Assembly (NCBI RefSeq): GCF_009914755.1
Contig: NC_060940.1
Length of the DNA: 64,000 nt
Source of the DNA: the human T2T-CHM13v2.0 reference genome, Homo sapiens
Reading direction: 5' to 3' (one strand)
Shown: in pieces, positions 1 through 13,622 of the stretch
How the letters are laid out: each line of letters begins with the position of its first letter
Numbering within the stretch: the first letter of the stretch is position 1
Notes under the pieces: model-generated
Seen by the model: only the letters and a program-made list of their open reading frames with translations
Told to the model about the DNA's origin: nothing
The model's database searches: none
Program-made: the position numbers and the translations under genes

Positions 1-149
1 GATCAAAATTCAAAGTAATCTGTAATGACCAATAGTTGAACAGGATCAAAATTCAGTATAATTTGAAGTAGACCTGCAGCTTTACCCACAGCATTGATTG
101 TAGACTGAACATCTGCTTTTCTATTTAATCCATTCAACAGCACTGGTGG

Positions 150-290
150 GCTCTCATTTTTCAGATGAAGAAATGGGGACAAGGGTAGGTTACGAGAATT
201 GCTCCCACACACAGGCAGAGCCAGAGAGGAGTCAGAATGCAAGACTTCTGCCCCCAAATTAATTGAGCTTTCTACTATAGCACTCTTGCT
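150..290 (-). mobile_element. MIR SINE fragment
   Basis: CTCATTTTTCAGATGAAGAAATGGGG resembles the reverse-complemented MIR core; diverged. Confidence 0.6.
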
Positions 291-479
291 CCTCAGTTAG
301 GTGAATATCTCTTCATTTAATGCATCAAATAATAACTGGGCCACTGGGCCTAAGCTTATGGGATCCAACTTAGAAACAAATAAACTCAAACTGAACGGAA
401 GCATGACCCATGGTCAGGAGTATGGATCCTGGAGTTTGCTGGGATCCTGGATCCTGGAGTTTGCTGGGCTTAGCAGAAG

Positions 480-725
480 GTTTGAACTCTGATTTCATCT
501 TCTAGTTATACCAAGGAGTCAACACTCAGCAAGTCATAGTGGCTCTCTGAGCATTTGATTCCTCTTCGGTAAATTAAGATAAATAGTAGTATCACTCCTT
601 AAGGTTGTGGCAAGTAAGAAATTACCTTCAACTGCAAGGTGAAGGTGATGTGTGCAACATTGTTAATATTATGCCTGATGCAGAGTGAGAATTCATTAAA
701 TAGCAACTACGGTATTATTATTATT
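480..725 (+). mobile_element. MIR SINE fragment
   Basis: GCAAGTCA...CTCTCTGAGC...GTAAA core and a 3' end finishing in (ATT)n. Confidence 0.55.
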
Positions 726-1753
726 ACAAATTATTTAGCATAACCATCTTTTCTAGAGGTTGAATACACAGATAAACCACAAGAGCTGGGTATAAAACAT
801 AGTGATTAAAGCAAGTCCATGTGGTGCAACAGGGATTGTTGGTGACTGGTAAAATGTAAAGTGCATGTTCTGTCAAAAATTACTAAAATAATAATGATAA
901 TAATAATAATAGCTCTGGCACATACAATATACCTGTGGGTTTTGGGGTTCATAAGCCACCACTTTATAACTGCTATTTGAATCCAATTTTCACTGTAATT
1001 GTTAGAAATAAAGGCCCAGTGAAGGAGAGAAATAATGGCAAAATTCAGATTAGAAGTAGCAGAGTACCCTTCCACTTCACATTCTTTTACTGTCAGCTCA
1101 CAAAATTGTGAAATCTCAGTTATTTACTTACATTTTCTTTTAAAACCAAAGAGGGAAATACCCATATCATCAACCCAGGGAAATAAGTAAAGTAGATGGG
1201 AACAACTAAGAAAGAATCATAAGAAATTAAGTTTCATGAAACGTTTTGTTTTCCCTTTTGGGGAACAGATTCATGCTCCTGGTGAGTGGAACTGTCACAG
1301 AAGGTTAGAGGACAGAAGCCCCATTAGCAGTCTTGCTGACACTAAAGATAAAAAGGGAATAAAATATATAATTTAAAAATCACAAAATACATCATTTCAT
1401 TAGTGCCATATTCAGGGGTTCTCACCTACATCTCAGAAGAACAAGGTATTGATCTGACTATTAAGCTGCAACAATAAAACAATGCTCTATTGACTGGCCC
1501 TGCAGGGTTGCCTAATATTATTTATTGAAGTAAGCTGAATAGCAGAAGGAAAAGCACTGCCTCAGTAATAAGTGGTAATTGCTGGGAAGTGAGGCATTGC
1601 AGTTCTCATTGACCCCTGCATCCTGATATTTTGATGGATTCTATGTAACTCCATTAGGATTGGCATTGTAATATTACACCAGCTCAGCTGTAGAACAACA
1701 GACCTCAGTTTGGATCATTGATTTTTGATTATACAGCTCCTCAGCATATCCCA

Positions 1754-2151
1754 TGCCTTAGTCTATTTCATACTGCTGTAACATAATACCACAGATTGGG
1801 TAATTAAAAATAAACAAAAATTTATTTGGCTCATAGTTCTGGAGCCTGAGAAGTCCAAGAGCATGGCACCAGCATCTGGCAGGGGCCTTCATGCTGCATT
1901 GTCTCCTGGTGAAAGGCAGAAGGCCAAGAGAGGGTGAGAGTGAGAGAGCAAATGGGGCCCAAACTGGCTTTGATGACAAGCTCAGTCTGGTAATAACTAA
2001 CCCCCTTCTATAATAATGACATTAATCCATTCATGAGAGAAGAGTCCTCATGACCTAACCACTTTTTGTTAAGCCCCACCTCCCAACACTGTTGCACTGG
2101 GGATTGAGTTCCAACACATGAACTTTTGGGGACCATATTCAAACCATAGTA
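1754..2151 (-). mobile_element. MaLR solo LTR (MST/MLT1A-like)
   Basis: Starts TGCCTTAGTC; contains TTTATTTGGCTCATAGTTCTGGAG, GTCCAAGAGCATGGCACCAGCATCTG, CCCCACCTCCCAACACTGTTGCA; ends TTCAAACCATAGTA. Confidence 0.85.
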
Positions 2152-2390
2152 CCCATGGGGAACTCCCATTGCTAGGGCTGGGAAAGTGGAGTTGTTGGGG
2201 GTAAAGGATGAAATATTTCATAACCTCCAGTTAACTCCATGGTGCTGTAAGAGAGCTGCCTTATCTAGGAGCCTAAACAAGGGGACAATTGCAACACCCA
2301 CTTTTTAGTGAGCAGAGTTAGCTAGGCTTTAAAATTGTGTCCACAATGAATATGATACAATTTAGGGCATGTTTTTGGAAAATTAACTTC

Positions 2391-2698
2391 TTTTTTTTTT
2401 TTGAAACAGAGTCTTGCTCTGCCACCCAGGCTGGAGTGCAGTGGCATGATCTCAGCTCACCACAACCTCTACCTCCCAGGTTCAAGCAATTCTCTGCCTC
2501 AGCCTCCCAAGTAACTGGGATTACAGGCACCTGCCACCACTAATTTTTCTGTATTTTTAGTAGAGATGGCGAATTTTTTTGTATTTTTAGTACAGACGGG
2601 GTTTCACCATCTTGGCCAAGCTGGCCTTGAACTCCTGACCTTGTGATCCACCTGCCTCAGCCGGGATTACAGGCATGAGCCACCCACCATGTCCAGCC
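2391..2698 (-). mobile_element. Alu (AluS-like) with duplicated linker and small deletions
   Basis: Poly-T, both Alu arms; TSD TGGAAAATTAACTTC at 2376-2390 and 2699-2713. Confidence 0.97.
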
Positions 2699-3247
2699 TG
2701 GAAAATTAACTTCTTAAGGTTTGGGTTGAAATTGGCTGAATGTGCAGCCGGTGCTTAGAATACACTGGTTAGATTTTTGACATTTTCATAATTGTTTCAC
2801 TCATGTTCTTTCAAGAATCATGTCTGAAGGAGATGTTTTCATGTCTCTCTGTTCATGCATTCATTCCTTAACTCATTCAAACAGTGGTATTTATAGTAGT
2901 CCATGAATCAGTGCTTCTCCCGGTCTGACTCTCCTGGGAGAGGGGGTACTCAGATGAATTCTTGAAGCTCATCTCCATGACTGTGGAACTCTAGATTTGG
3001 TTGTGAAAAAAACTGTAGGTAAGAACTTAATTGATGTGATAAAACCTGCTAGGGAAAAGTTTCAGAATAAAAGCAATGAGTATTTTCACTGTGAGTGAAA
3101 TACTTTATCCTTCAGTAGAAAAAAGCACCATATATGCTTCATTAACTCATATCTAAGCAGGAGTTGGGCTATCTCCTGAGCTACAGTAGTATGATCTTCC
3201 ATAGCACGTCATAACTGTCTGTTTAGGACTCTTTGTTATTTTCAACA

Positions 3248-3300
3248 TTTTCCGTGATGCATTTCTATTTGTTTTCCATGATGCATTTCTATTTGTTTTC
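3248..3300. repeat. 24-bp tandem duplication
   Basis: TTTTCCRTGATGCATTTCTATTTG x2.2. Confidence 0.9.
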
Positions 3301-3804
3301 TTAGAATCAATGGTATAGTGGACAAAGAGTAGGTCTAAGAGCCAGAAGTTTTTCTTTGGCAAATAGCCTGGGACTAAGAGATTTTGAGACCTGTCATCAA
3401 ACCTTGGCAAACTCTACAATCTTCAAAGAATGACATAGCAATACCCAGAGAAGGCTGAATATATTCCTCTGAATAAGGTCTCACTGGGTATCTGAGGCCA
3501 AGGCGAAAATGTCAAAACAAAAAGGTAGGAGACCTCCCTGAAACAGAGAACTCCTCTCTTGTCCCATTTACTATTTTTATGCTTCCTTGACTTTGCGTCT
3601 GTGGTTCTCTTTTCTTACAATGCCTTTTTTTCTCTTTCTAGAAAAATACTTACCTGTCAATGCCTGGAAGTTCCTCACTGCTTAACCCAGGGCAACACAT
3701 TTGGGTTATTCAATCTTATTCATGGAACTTTTTGCAAACAGATTCATCTAACTCGTATGACTTGTGCCTTAAAGGACATTCAATGAAGGCACATCTAATT
3801 TTGC

Positions 3805-4102
<298 letters not shown>

Positions 4103-7100
4103 TGATTTTGCTTTTAATGAATATTTTTCTGCAGAGAGGGGACATGCTGAGAAGCACCTTTACGGGTGTTTAGCTTGCTCAATAGTTACTTTTCTCACTA
4201 CGAATTAATAAACATCAGTCAGGCATCTATTCATCAGTCTCTGGGAGTCTGGTTAATAGGAGTCCTACCCCTAAAACAATAATCAATTTAAGGTATACTT
4301 GGGCTTCCTTAGGTGACATTCTGCTTCAAAGAAGATCCTTCTATCCCAATTACAAGTGCAATGACATTATCTTGTGCAAAGAAGTTTGTTTAAGGGGTTC
4401 CGTGATTTATGGAATTCCACCAAGCTCATGTGTGACCACTGAGCAGAATACCCTCTCCAAACCAATGCCAAGGCACTGACTATGGTTCCTGAAAACAATC
4501 GGTGAGGGTGGGGTGCAACTGAAGAATGAACTCTGCTGTGATTCTTGGCAATATTTACAGAGGGGAAACCAAGATAAGATTGGACTTTCTGATAAACAGC
4601 ATAGATGGGGACTTGGAATCATGGTAATTCATTCCCCACTCAGGTAAGGCAGGATATATCATCTTCGTCTCACTGCAGGAGGGATCAGCTGTGTGGCTGG
4701 TCACTCAGGCACTTGAGCCAGGCCACCAGTCCAATGCCCCATAGTTGGAAGGGCATAGCTGATAAAAAGATTTTCACATTTCTTTTGCTGTTTTCTTAGT
4801 TTTAATTGACAAAATCTTTCTTTAGTTATGTTCATGTTGCCCAAAGTTTTGCTTTGTTCAGTTGTTGATTGTCTTTTAAAAATATTACTTCTACACGAAA
4901 TTCACAACAAAAATGACCAATACACAAACTAAATGTGGGAAATGTGGCATACTATTGCTCCCTTTTGGAAATCTTAAATTAATGTATCATAAGTTCTATG
5001 AAGTCCTATTTGGAAGAAACCTTCTTATAATTACTTAAAATTATTTTTAATGTGCTATCTCCAATCTATTTGGTTGCAATTTTTTTTCCTAGCTAAACAA
5101 AGACTCTTGTCACAGAATTAGTGATCTACAGAAATCACTTCGGGAAACATTTAATCAGGAACTATAGTCAAATCTTGCCCCAGGCGGCATGCCATCTCTT
5201 TAAGGTGATTTTCATCCTTTCTCATCATATTCAAATGTTTATTATTATTTTATTTAACTTGGCCTCCTAGAAAGCAATCCCATTTCCTTATTTCCAGGCG
5301 TTTCCTGGGGTTCCTCACTGCTGCCCCTTGTGCCACCTGAACAACTGGGTTTTCTAATGTTATCCTAAATTACTGTCAAAAGTAAATACATGTTACCACA
5401 TGTCAGGCCCTTTAATGTGACTAAGGAAGCCTTGTTTCTATATACTTCCTCCTAAATGCATTTTGATAAAGGGCATTTAAAAAAACACATTAAATTTTAT
5501 GACGACTTTAACAAACAAGTCAGTGATCATGATTTTAATATGAGCAGCAAGCAGTTAAGGAAAAAGGTCAGCTAAGCCATGGCATACAGAGTTTCTGCTG
5601 GGAGAGGGAGGACTGACGCTCTCTCTGTAGCAAATGGAAGTCAGTGGACTCCCTAATGCTATAGTTAAAACATAGAGTCTAAATAGTCAGGCAAATGACT
5701 CCAAAATTAAAATAGTCCTGGCCCCTGGATGCAGCTAGTAATTAACTTTTAATTTTATACAGAAGCATGTCATGCTTTTGACCCTTGACTTTATTTAGTT
5801 CTCTCCTGGCATTTCAAAAGCACGATCTGCTAAATAAGGTTGTTAAAATCAGTATTACAGAGAGGGGCAATTGTGGCAAATGTGCATATGGAAATTATAG
5901 CTAGAGGGGCATTTCATAGAGAAGCTGCCTCCATGAACTTAAATTTGTGCTAATTGCTATTGCTGTATTATTCAAAATTATAAATTAGGCTATTAGCAAA
6001 TGGAATTATGTAAGACCTATGGAGCAAAACAATTATTGTCTTAAAGCCATGGAATATTATAGCTGAAAAAGAATTTATGGAATATCTATTAATCCTACTA
6101 TCTTACTTTACAATTGGGGAAACTGAGGCTGAGTGAGGGACTCTGAATCATCCAGAGTTATACTATTAGTAAGGGGGAGTCTCTGTTTTAGTACACTGGA
6201 AAGGGGTGCAATTTGATTATTGTTATTTTGTAGTTTTTAAAAAAGCGCTCTCAAGTTTAACTTTAACCTGCTCTTCACTCTTGAAATTGGGAGGGAGAAT
6301 TGTGGTTCAAAGGTTAAATTCTAAAAGTATGTACATATGGCAGACTGAGACATGATTGCCCTGTCAGCAGCTAAGAATTTTGTACGTGAACCGATTTTTA
6401 TTTAATATGGTCTTAGTCTGCTGGGGCTGCCATAACAAAATACCACAGCAGACTGGGTGGCTTGAACAACCAAAATTAATTTTTTCACATTTCTAGGGGC
6501 TAGAAGCCAAGATCAAGGTGTTGTCAGGATTGGTTTCTGGTGAGACCTCTCTTCCTGGCTTATAAATGACCATCTTCTCACTATATCCTCATGTGGCCTT
6601 TTCTCTGTGCCATTTTACAAGATGTGGGGCAGGGCAGGGGGTGTGAGGGAGAGAAAGAAGAGAGGGACAGGGAGACAGAGAGCTGCTGTATTTTTCCTCT
6701 TTTTATAACAGCACTAATTCTAACAGATAAGAGTCCCACCCTTATGACCTCATTTAACCTTAATTAACTTTCAAAAGACCGTATTTCTAAATATAATATT
6801 GAAGTTAGGGCTTCAACATATGAATTTTGAGGGACACAATATAGTTCACCTACTTGTTCCTCAAAATGTATGCCCTTCTTGCATGCAAAATACTGCTACT
6901 CCTTTCCAACAGCCCCCTCCAATTTTTAACCCATTCCAGTATCAACTCTAAGTTCCAAGTCTCATTTAAATACCTAAATCAGGTATGGCTGAAACTCAAG
7001 GTATGATTCACCCTGAGGCAAAATTTATCTCCAGCTATGAACCTGTGAACTCAGAGAAGTTATATGCTTCCAAAATACAATGATGAGACAGGCATAGCAT

Positions 7101-8013
7101 AGACATTCCCATTCCAAAGGGGAGAATTCAGAGAAAAGAAAGAGGTGATGAGTCTCTAGCAAGGCAAATGCCACCAGATCTTAAACCTCAAGAACAATCC
7201 TTTTTGGCTCAATACTCTGTCTTCCATCCTTACTGGAAGGCAGTGTCACCTCTATGGCCCTAGGCCACCACTCCACCCCCTTGGCTTTGCCGTCTTGTTC
7301 CTGAAGCCCTCAGTGGGGGCAGTTTGTCCCCCTGAAACAGAGGAGGTGGCCCCATCCTCTGAAACTGAAGAGAAAAGAGCCTTGCCCATTGGGACTGTGG
7401 TGAGAGTGGCACCCTTGATGATCTCTGAATCACCTTTGAGGTTTTCTTTCTTTTTCTTGAAGGATAACGCATGTTTGAAGCCAGATAGCTCTATTGCCCC
7501 ATCCTGTAAAATCCCAGTCCACTGCCATACTTTGTTCCATCCCACTTCCTCTGCCTTCATTCATTTAAACTGGCAGTGTCTCTGCTGGTATAATCCCTTT
7601 TCTATTTCTGGCTTCTGCTGAGATGGCTGATTAAACTCATGAGTAATCTCTTTATGGAGTAGTTATCCAGCTACGTCTGTGGTGTTCTCCAGAACATGCT
7701 TTCTCTCTCTTTTTTTTTTTTTTTTTTGCAATAGGGATAATCTGAGAAATTTCCACATCTTCAAGTTTGGGTTCCTTTTGCTTAATGATTCCTTAATTTG
7801 ATATCTCTCCTCTCACATTTTGCTATAAATAGTAAGGTGAAGCCATGTTGCACCTTCAACACTTAGCTTAGAAATTTCCTCAGCTAAATATCCAATTTCA
7901 TTGCTCACAAGTTCTGCTTTCCACAAAACTTTAGAACACAATTCAGTCAAGTTATTTGTCACTTTATAATGATTGCCTTTTCTCCAGTTTCCAATAACAT
8001 GTTCCTCATTTCT

Positions 8014-8301
8014 CTTTTCTTTTTTTTGAGATGGAGTCTCGCTCTGTCACCCAGGCTGGAGTGCAGTGGCGTGATCTCGGCTCACTGCAAGTTCCGCCTC
8101 CTGGGTTCACACCATTCTCAGCCTCCCAAGTAGCTGGGACTACAGGTGCCCGTCACCACTCCTGGCTAATTTTTTGTATTTTTAGTAGAGGTGGGGTTTC
8201 ACCGTGTTAGCCAGGATGGTCTCAATCTCCTGACCTCGTGATCTGCTGACCTTGGCCTCCCAAAGTGCTGGGATTACAGGCGTGAGCCACCACACCCAGC
8301 C
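8014..8301 (-). mobile_element. AluY-like element inserted in the MaLR internal region
   Basis: AluY-type positions CTGCAAGTTCCGCC, GTGTTAGCCAGGATGGTCTC, GACCTCGTGATC; TSD ATGTTCCTCATTTCT at 7999-8013 and 8302-8316. Confidence 0.95.
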
Positions 8302-8730
8302 ATGTTCCTCATTTCTATCTGCAACTTCACCAGAATTACCTTTACTGTTCATATTTCTATCAACAGTCTCCTCAGAACAATCTAGTTTTTTTCTAGTAGG
8401 CACCTCAAAACTCTTGCAGCCTCTACTCATGACTCCATTCCAAAGCCATTTCCGTATTTTTGTGTATTGGCTATAGTAGCACCCCACTTATCAGTACCAA
8501 CATCTGTTTTAGTGCCCTCAGGCAGCCACAGCAAAATACCACAGACTGGGTGTCTTAAACAACAGAAATTAATTTTTCTCACAGTTCTGTAATCTACAAG
8601 TCCAAGGTCAAGGCACTGTCTAGGTTTGTTTCTGGTGAGACCTCTCTTTGTTGCTTCTCGGAAAGATGACATCTTCCTGTTGTATTCTCATGTGGGCTTT
8701 CCTCTGTGCACATGAAGAGGGAGGGAGGGT

Positions 8731-8737
8731 GAGATAG

Positions 8738-8777
<40 letters not shown>

Positions 8778-9088
8778 CACTTCTATAGAGATGCTTCTAT
8801 ACTCTATCTATATAGATAGATAGATATGTAGATAGAGAGATGATAGATAAACAATAGATGAATAGAGAGATAGGTAGGTATGTAAATAGACAGATAGATG
8901 ATAGATAATAGATGACAGATGATATATAGAGAGATGATAGATAGATGATAGATGATGATAGCTAGACAGATAGCTACATAGATAGATAGATAATAGATAT
9001 AGACAGATAAATCGATGATTGATTGATAGCTAGCTAGCTGGATGGATGGATGGATGGATGGATGCATAGATAGATAGATAGATAGATA
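8731..9088. repeat. Complex (TAGA)n/(GATG)n microsatellite within the 5' LTR
   Basis: Perfect (TAGA)10 at ~8738-8777, then degenerate GATA and GATG runs. Confidence 0.95.
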
Positions 9089-9314
9089 TCTGGTGTCTCT
9101 TCCTCTTCCTATAAGAATACCAGTCCTATCAAATTAGGGCCCACCTTTATGACCTCATTCAAGTTTAATTACCTACTTCAAGGCTCTGTCTCTGAATACA
9201 ATGACATTAGGGGTTAAGGCCTCACCAGATGAATTTTGGAGGGAAACAATTTAGTCCATAACAATATGTTCAATATTTATTTTGAGGAGAAGCTCAGGAC
9301 TCACTGAAGAGGTT

Positions 9315-9870
9315 GTGACAACAAGAACTTTGTTGTTATGATCAGTTCCTCCAGTTGTTCTAAGCTTTGGCATTAACTTGTATATCCTGTTATATTGTGA
9401 GACTTAATATTTTAACATCTGCCTTGACGTCTTTGAGTCACATAAGGCCTCAAAGATATAATCATGAGTTTCCCCCCACTTTTGCTAGATATACTTCGCA
9501 TCCAATGAGAAAGCATCCCTACCCAGCTAGTTCTCCATCAGTGGGACTTGCTTTACTCTACTGGGTCTCCCTAATGGGTTTAGCTTCCCGGATAAACCAC
9601 AGAATTATTCAAACAAGCCAATCACATTCTGCTGAAGGAACCACAAGGCACTCCACCCTTTTGTTACTACAAAGCTTGTCTCCCACAGCTCCTGATGCTT
9701 CACTTCACTCTTCCAGGGTGCAACCGCCATATGGCCTTGCATCACATGTGGTGACCTCTTCCCCAAGCTGTGAGTATATATAACTACTAATATGTTTTCA
9801 AGCTTACCTGTCCAGTGCTGGATGTCATTAGGGTGAGCGAACCCTCTTTTGCCAATGATGTGAATAAGAG
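9315..9870 (+). mobile_element. Probable old ERV solo-LTR remnant (family uncertain)
   Basis: LTR-like composition: CAGAATTATTCAAACAAGCCAATCAC (CCAAT), TATA-like and poly(A)-region-like segments; family not confidently recognised. Confidence 0.4.
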
Positions 9871-10131
9871 GTCATCAGAATACTTGCCCGAGAACACAAA
9901 ACCTCTTCAATTTAACAAGATCTTGCCTCTTTGGAAGGCACTAGTTGCTCCACCCTGTGGGGGGGTCCAGATCCTACTCAGCTCCTTGCAAGAAGCTTTC
10001 CAATGCTCTTCTTTTGACTGTTTACAGTTTTCTCCATGAAAGCTGGATAAACACAATTTTCTCCATCTACTGACATTTTCAGTGATATTTTATCTGCATT
10101 TATTGATTGGCACTCTGGGATACTTCCCTTA

Positions 10132-10133
<2 letters not shown>

Positions 10134-10181
<48 letters not shown>
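10134..10181. repeat. (TG)~24 microsatellite
   Basis: Direct reading. Confidence 0.98.
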
Positions 10182-10183
<2 letters not shown>

Positions 10184-10771
10184 GTATGTGTTAAAAAGAA
10201 AAGAAGCTGGATACCAAGAAAAACCCATTTCAGCAGGCAGGCTGTCATAATCCACCAAAGAACACATTGAAGATAAGGGATGCATTCTGGTATCAAAAAG
10301 ACGAAAACCTTAAACCATAAAGTTGACATTATATAAGCTGTGCTTTTGAATAGAACTGAATTTTATATTTCTATCTCAAAAAAATGTACTATTTTAAAAT
10401 TACATTACCTGCTTTTAACTTGTCTTCTCCTCTACAAATAATCTCAGTTTTAAAAAAACAAGTTATATTTCAAAGATTCATGCATAAATTAATTAAGGAA
10501 TGATGTGAGAAAGCATTTGGCCCACAAGTCAGTGTTAGAAGTAGTGTGTAAGTTCACATATTAGCCCTCAGAGATCTCTTTCACTCAATTATTTCCCAAG
10601 GAGAAAAGGGTATTTGTCTGAGCCATAGTGGAAAATGATACTTTTAAAATAAAAATATTTGAAATCAAACAAAACATTAAATAATGTGTCACCCTCATAG
10701 CATCATTTTCACCTAAGCCTCAGTTTTTCTATCTAAAAAAAAAACAAAAAAACAAAAAAAACGCTATTCCC

Positions 10772-11079
10772 AGCCAGGTGCTGTGGCTCACACCTGTAAT
10801 CCCAGCACTTTGGGAGGCCAAGGTGGGAGGACTGCTTGAGTCCAGGAGTTTGAGACCAGCCTAGGCAACAAAGCAAGACCTTATCTCTACAAAAAATAAA
10901 AAAAATAAAAAATTAGCTGAATGTGGTGGTGTGGGCCTGTAGTCTCAGCTACTCAGGAGGCTGCAGTGGAAGGACTGCTTGAGTCCAGGAGTTCAAGGCT
11001 GCAGTGAGTCATGATTGTACCACTGCACCACTCCAGGCTGGGTGACAGAGCACGACCCTGCCTCAAAATAAATAAATAA
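10772..11079 (+). mobile_element. AluJ-like
   Basis: GAGTCCAGGAGTTCAAGGCTGCAGTGAG (J-type right arm); (AAAT)n tail. Confidence 0.95.
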
Positions 11080-12149
11080 GTGAAAAACACAATTTCTAAT
11101 GATTAATTGTGGGGAAAATGCTTTTAAAATCTACCACCTAAAATAAATGTAACTCAAAATTCAAGTAATAAAGTAACAAACAATGACAACAAAACCATAC
11201 CAGAAAGCAGATATATGGAACTTCAAATGTGGAATGATATTGTGCAATTAATAAAATAAAAAACAACAACAAAAATCCACTTGCCTTTGATGGCTAAGAC
11301 TATTCACTTTTAAGTGACAAAAAGAGTCATAACACTAAACCCTCAAAAATATATATAATTCTTGTTCTGTAGGAAGCAAATACAGTTATTTTAATATCAC
11401 TGAATATCATGTTTCTGGCTTTAAAATCAAATCATAGCCAAATCTTGGAAAACTTAACTATGATTAACAAAATATCATATATATATATGATAACATAATA
11501 TTATCATTCAGATATTTGAAAGATTTTGTCTAAAGCTGCTGGAACAAGAAATAGAAATTTAATTATATGGTTTGATATTGCATGGGAACTAAGAGTAGTA
11601 ATAGAACTTTCATCTTTGCTGTGGTCAATGAATAGAACTTTTATTGACCGTACCAAAAAAAAAAATCAGCCAGTGGATAATATCCAGCATTGACTCACCA
11701 AGAAAGACTGATTACAACACAGTCTTCAGAGCTGTAGGGGTAAAAAGTGTACTAAAAACAAAAATATTAAAATTGCTGTCTTTGAGAAGTACAAATGAGG
11801 GAGCGTCACGGAACTGGATTTTTTCTGTGTGTCTTATAAGATTTTTTCTATTGTCTGTTGGTGGTGGCACTACCATTATTCCATGTGTATATATACATAC
11901 ATGCATATTACATACATATATATATATTATTTGAAGGCTAAGGTATAGCACATAGAATCTTTTGTGACTATTATACAGAGCTTTCTTCATATTCTTAACA
12001 TCTCTTGCCATATAACTTTCCTCTTCTTTAGGCAGATATGTCACTTCAACTCTGGCCTAGAAGAATCTATGTAATTTGTCCCTTTTCTTTTGCCTAACTC
12101 TTTTCTCCCTCTCTCTAATTTTCTCTCAGGCCTTACAGACCTTCTCCCT

Positions 12150-13250
12150 GGTTTAGAAACCACCAAACTCATTTGCCCCCTCAGGTTCTTCACATTTGCT
12201 ATATCCCATTCCTTGGGAAACCCTCTGCTCAGACCTTCCTTACACATATCTCTCCGTATCATTCAGGCCTCTGCTCAGTGAAACTTCCACAGGAGACCTT
12301 TTCTGACATCCCTAGCTAAACTGTACTCTGATAATTTTCTACAAAACCTTTTTTCTGCTAAGTACATCATACTCATATAAAAGAATATATCCATAATTAA
12401 TATATGCATTTTAAATAATAATACATTAAAATGGATGAATTAAGTGCATCCCAAATCCAGCTGATGGACAGAACATTGCTGTACCTTGGAATTTCTGAAG
12501 GGCCTGTAACCAACCTTCTCCCTCTTTCCCTCTCAGATTAACTACACTGCTGAGTTTCATGTTAGTAGTGACCTTGCTCTTCACCACAGGTGTATGCATC
12601 CTTCAACATTTCATTGTTTAGTTTTGCTTATATTGAACTTCACATAAATGGAATCATACTATATTTGCTTATTAATTTAATGTAACATGTTTGAGAACCA
12701 TCCATATTGATGGGTGTAGCTGCGGTTTATTCATTTTCACTGCATGTATTATTCTGTGATAGGACAATATCACACTTTATCCATTCTGCTATAGGTAAGC
12801 ATTTGGATTTTTCCAGATCTTTGTTATGAATAACAATCCTATGAATATTCTGGACATGTTATTGGCATGGCAAGTTTTTCTCTAGGATTAGAATAGCAGC
12901 ATCATAGGCCATGTGCATGTTCCATTTTGGTCCATAATATCAAGCTGTTTACTGAAGTGCTTGTACCAGTTCACACTCCCGTTGGCAGTGGGTAAGAAGT
13001 TCTGCTCCATATTCTTGTCAACACATAGTGTAACATATCATACCATTATCAGACATTTTCTGCAACCCGAAGGGTGAATGGTATCTCATTGGGGCTTCTC
13101 ATCACTTTACATCCCCTGAGCCTGTCTTATTTTTTCCACAGCATTTGTCACTCACTAAAATTATATTAATTATATTTATATAAGTTGTTTGTTTCTCCCA
13201 CCAGAACATAAGCTCCATGAAGAAAAAAGACTCTCTTCTCCCTTGCTGTT
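12150..13250 (+). mobile_element. L2 3' region split by a nested old L1M fragment (~12440-13090, minus strand)
   Basis: L2 motifs CCTCAGG..CACATTTGCT and CTTTTCTGAC before the L1, CCACCAGAACATAAGCTCCATGA after it; L1 motifs ATAAATGGAATCATACT and ATGGTATCTCATTG between. Confidence 0.65.
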
Positions 13251-13587
13251 CTAAACATCAGTTACATAAGTTGTGCAATCATTCTTGCCATTATAAGCCC
13301 TGAAGAGAATCACTGTTTGACTCAAAAATGAGAAGAGTGGTAGAAAAAGGAAGAGTGTGATTTGATCATGGATAAACACTGAAAGGAAGCAGGAATGAAG
13401 ACATGGAGTAAAACAAAACTAAAGTGTGTATGTGTTATGAAAAAAATATACTGTGAGGTTGGCATTAACTGAGAAATGAAGGCAAAAGAAAAGTAACATG
13501 AGAACATGAACATGATATCCCTGGTTGGAAGTGTTGGGGACTGGGGTAGGGAAATAAAAAGGAACTAGAATGAAAAGCAATGCACAA

Positions 13588-13622
13588 AGCAGTGCTTTGT
13601 CTCAGTCACCAGGTGGCAGGAT
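13588..13622 (+). promoter_or_regulatory. Candidate CTCF site with upstream (U) motif
   Basis: AGCAGTGCT-N6-CAGTCACCAGGTGGCAGG; core near-matches CCASYAGRKGGCR, and the upstream TGCAGTNCC-like motif has typical spacing. Confidence 0.6.

Larger units (their letters stand above)
6410..9263 (-). mobile_element. Full-length MaLR retroelement (MLT1A-type): 3' LTR ~6410-6844, internal ~6845-8504, 5' LTR 8505-9263
   Basis: Two homologous LTRs (AAAATACCACAG..ACTGGGTG, GGTTT..TTCTGGTGAGACCTCTCTT, TTATGACCTCATT); typical MaLR-int/LTR junction CCCCACTTATCAGTACCAACATC|TGTTTTAG; AATATG at both outer ends (6404-6409, 9263-9268) as candidate TSD. Confidence 0.9.

Noticed and set aside
7252-7621. ORFs in the MaLR internal region as a functional retroviral protein
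   Set aside because: Short and degenerate; the internal region is broken by stops, a poly-T and an Alu
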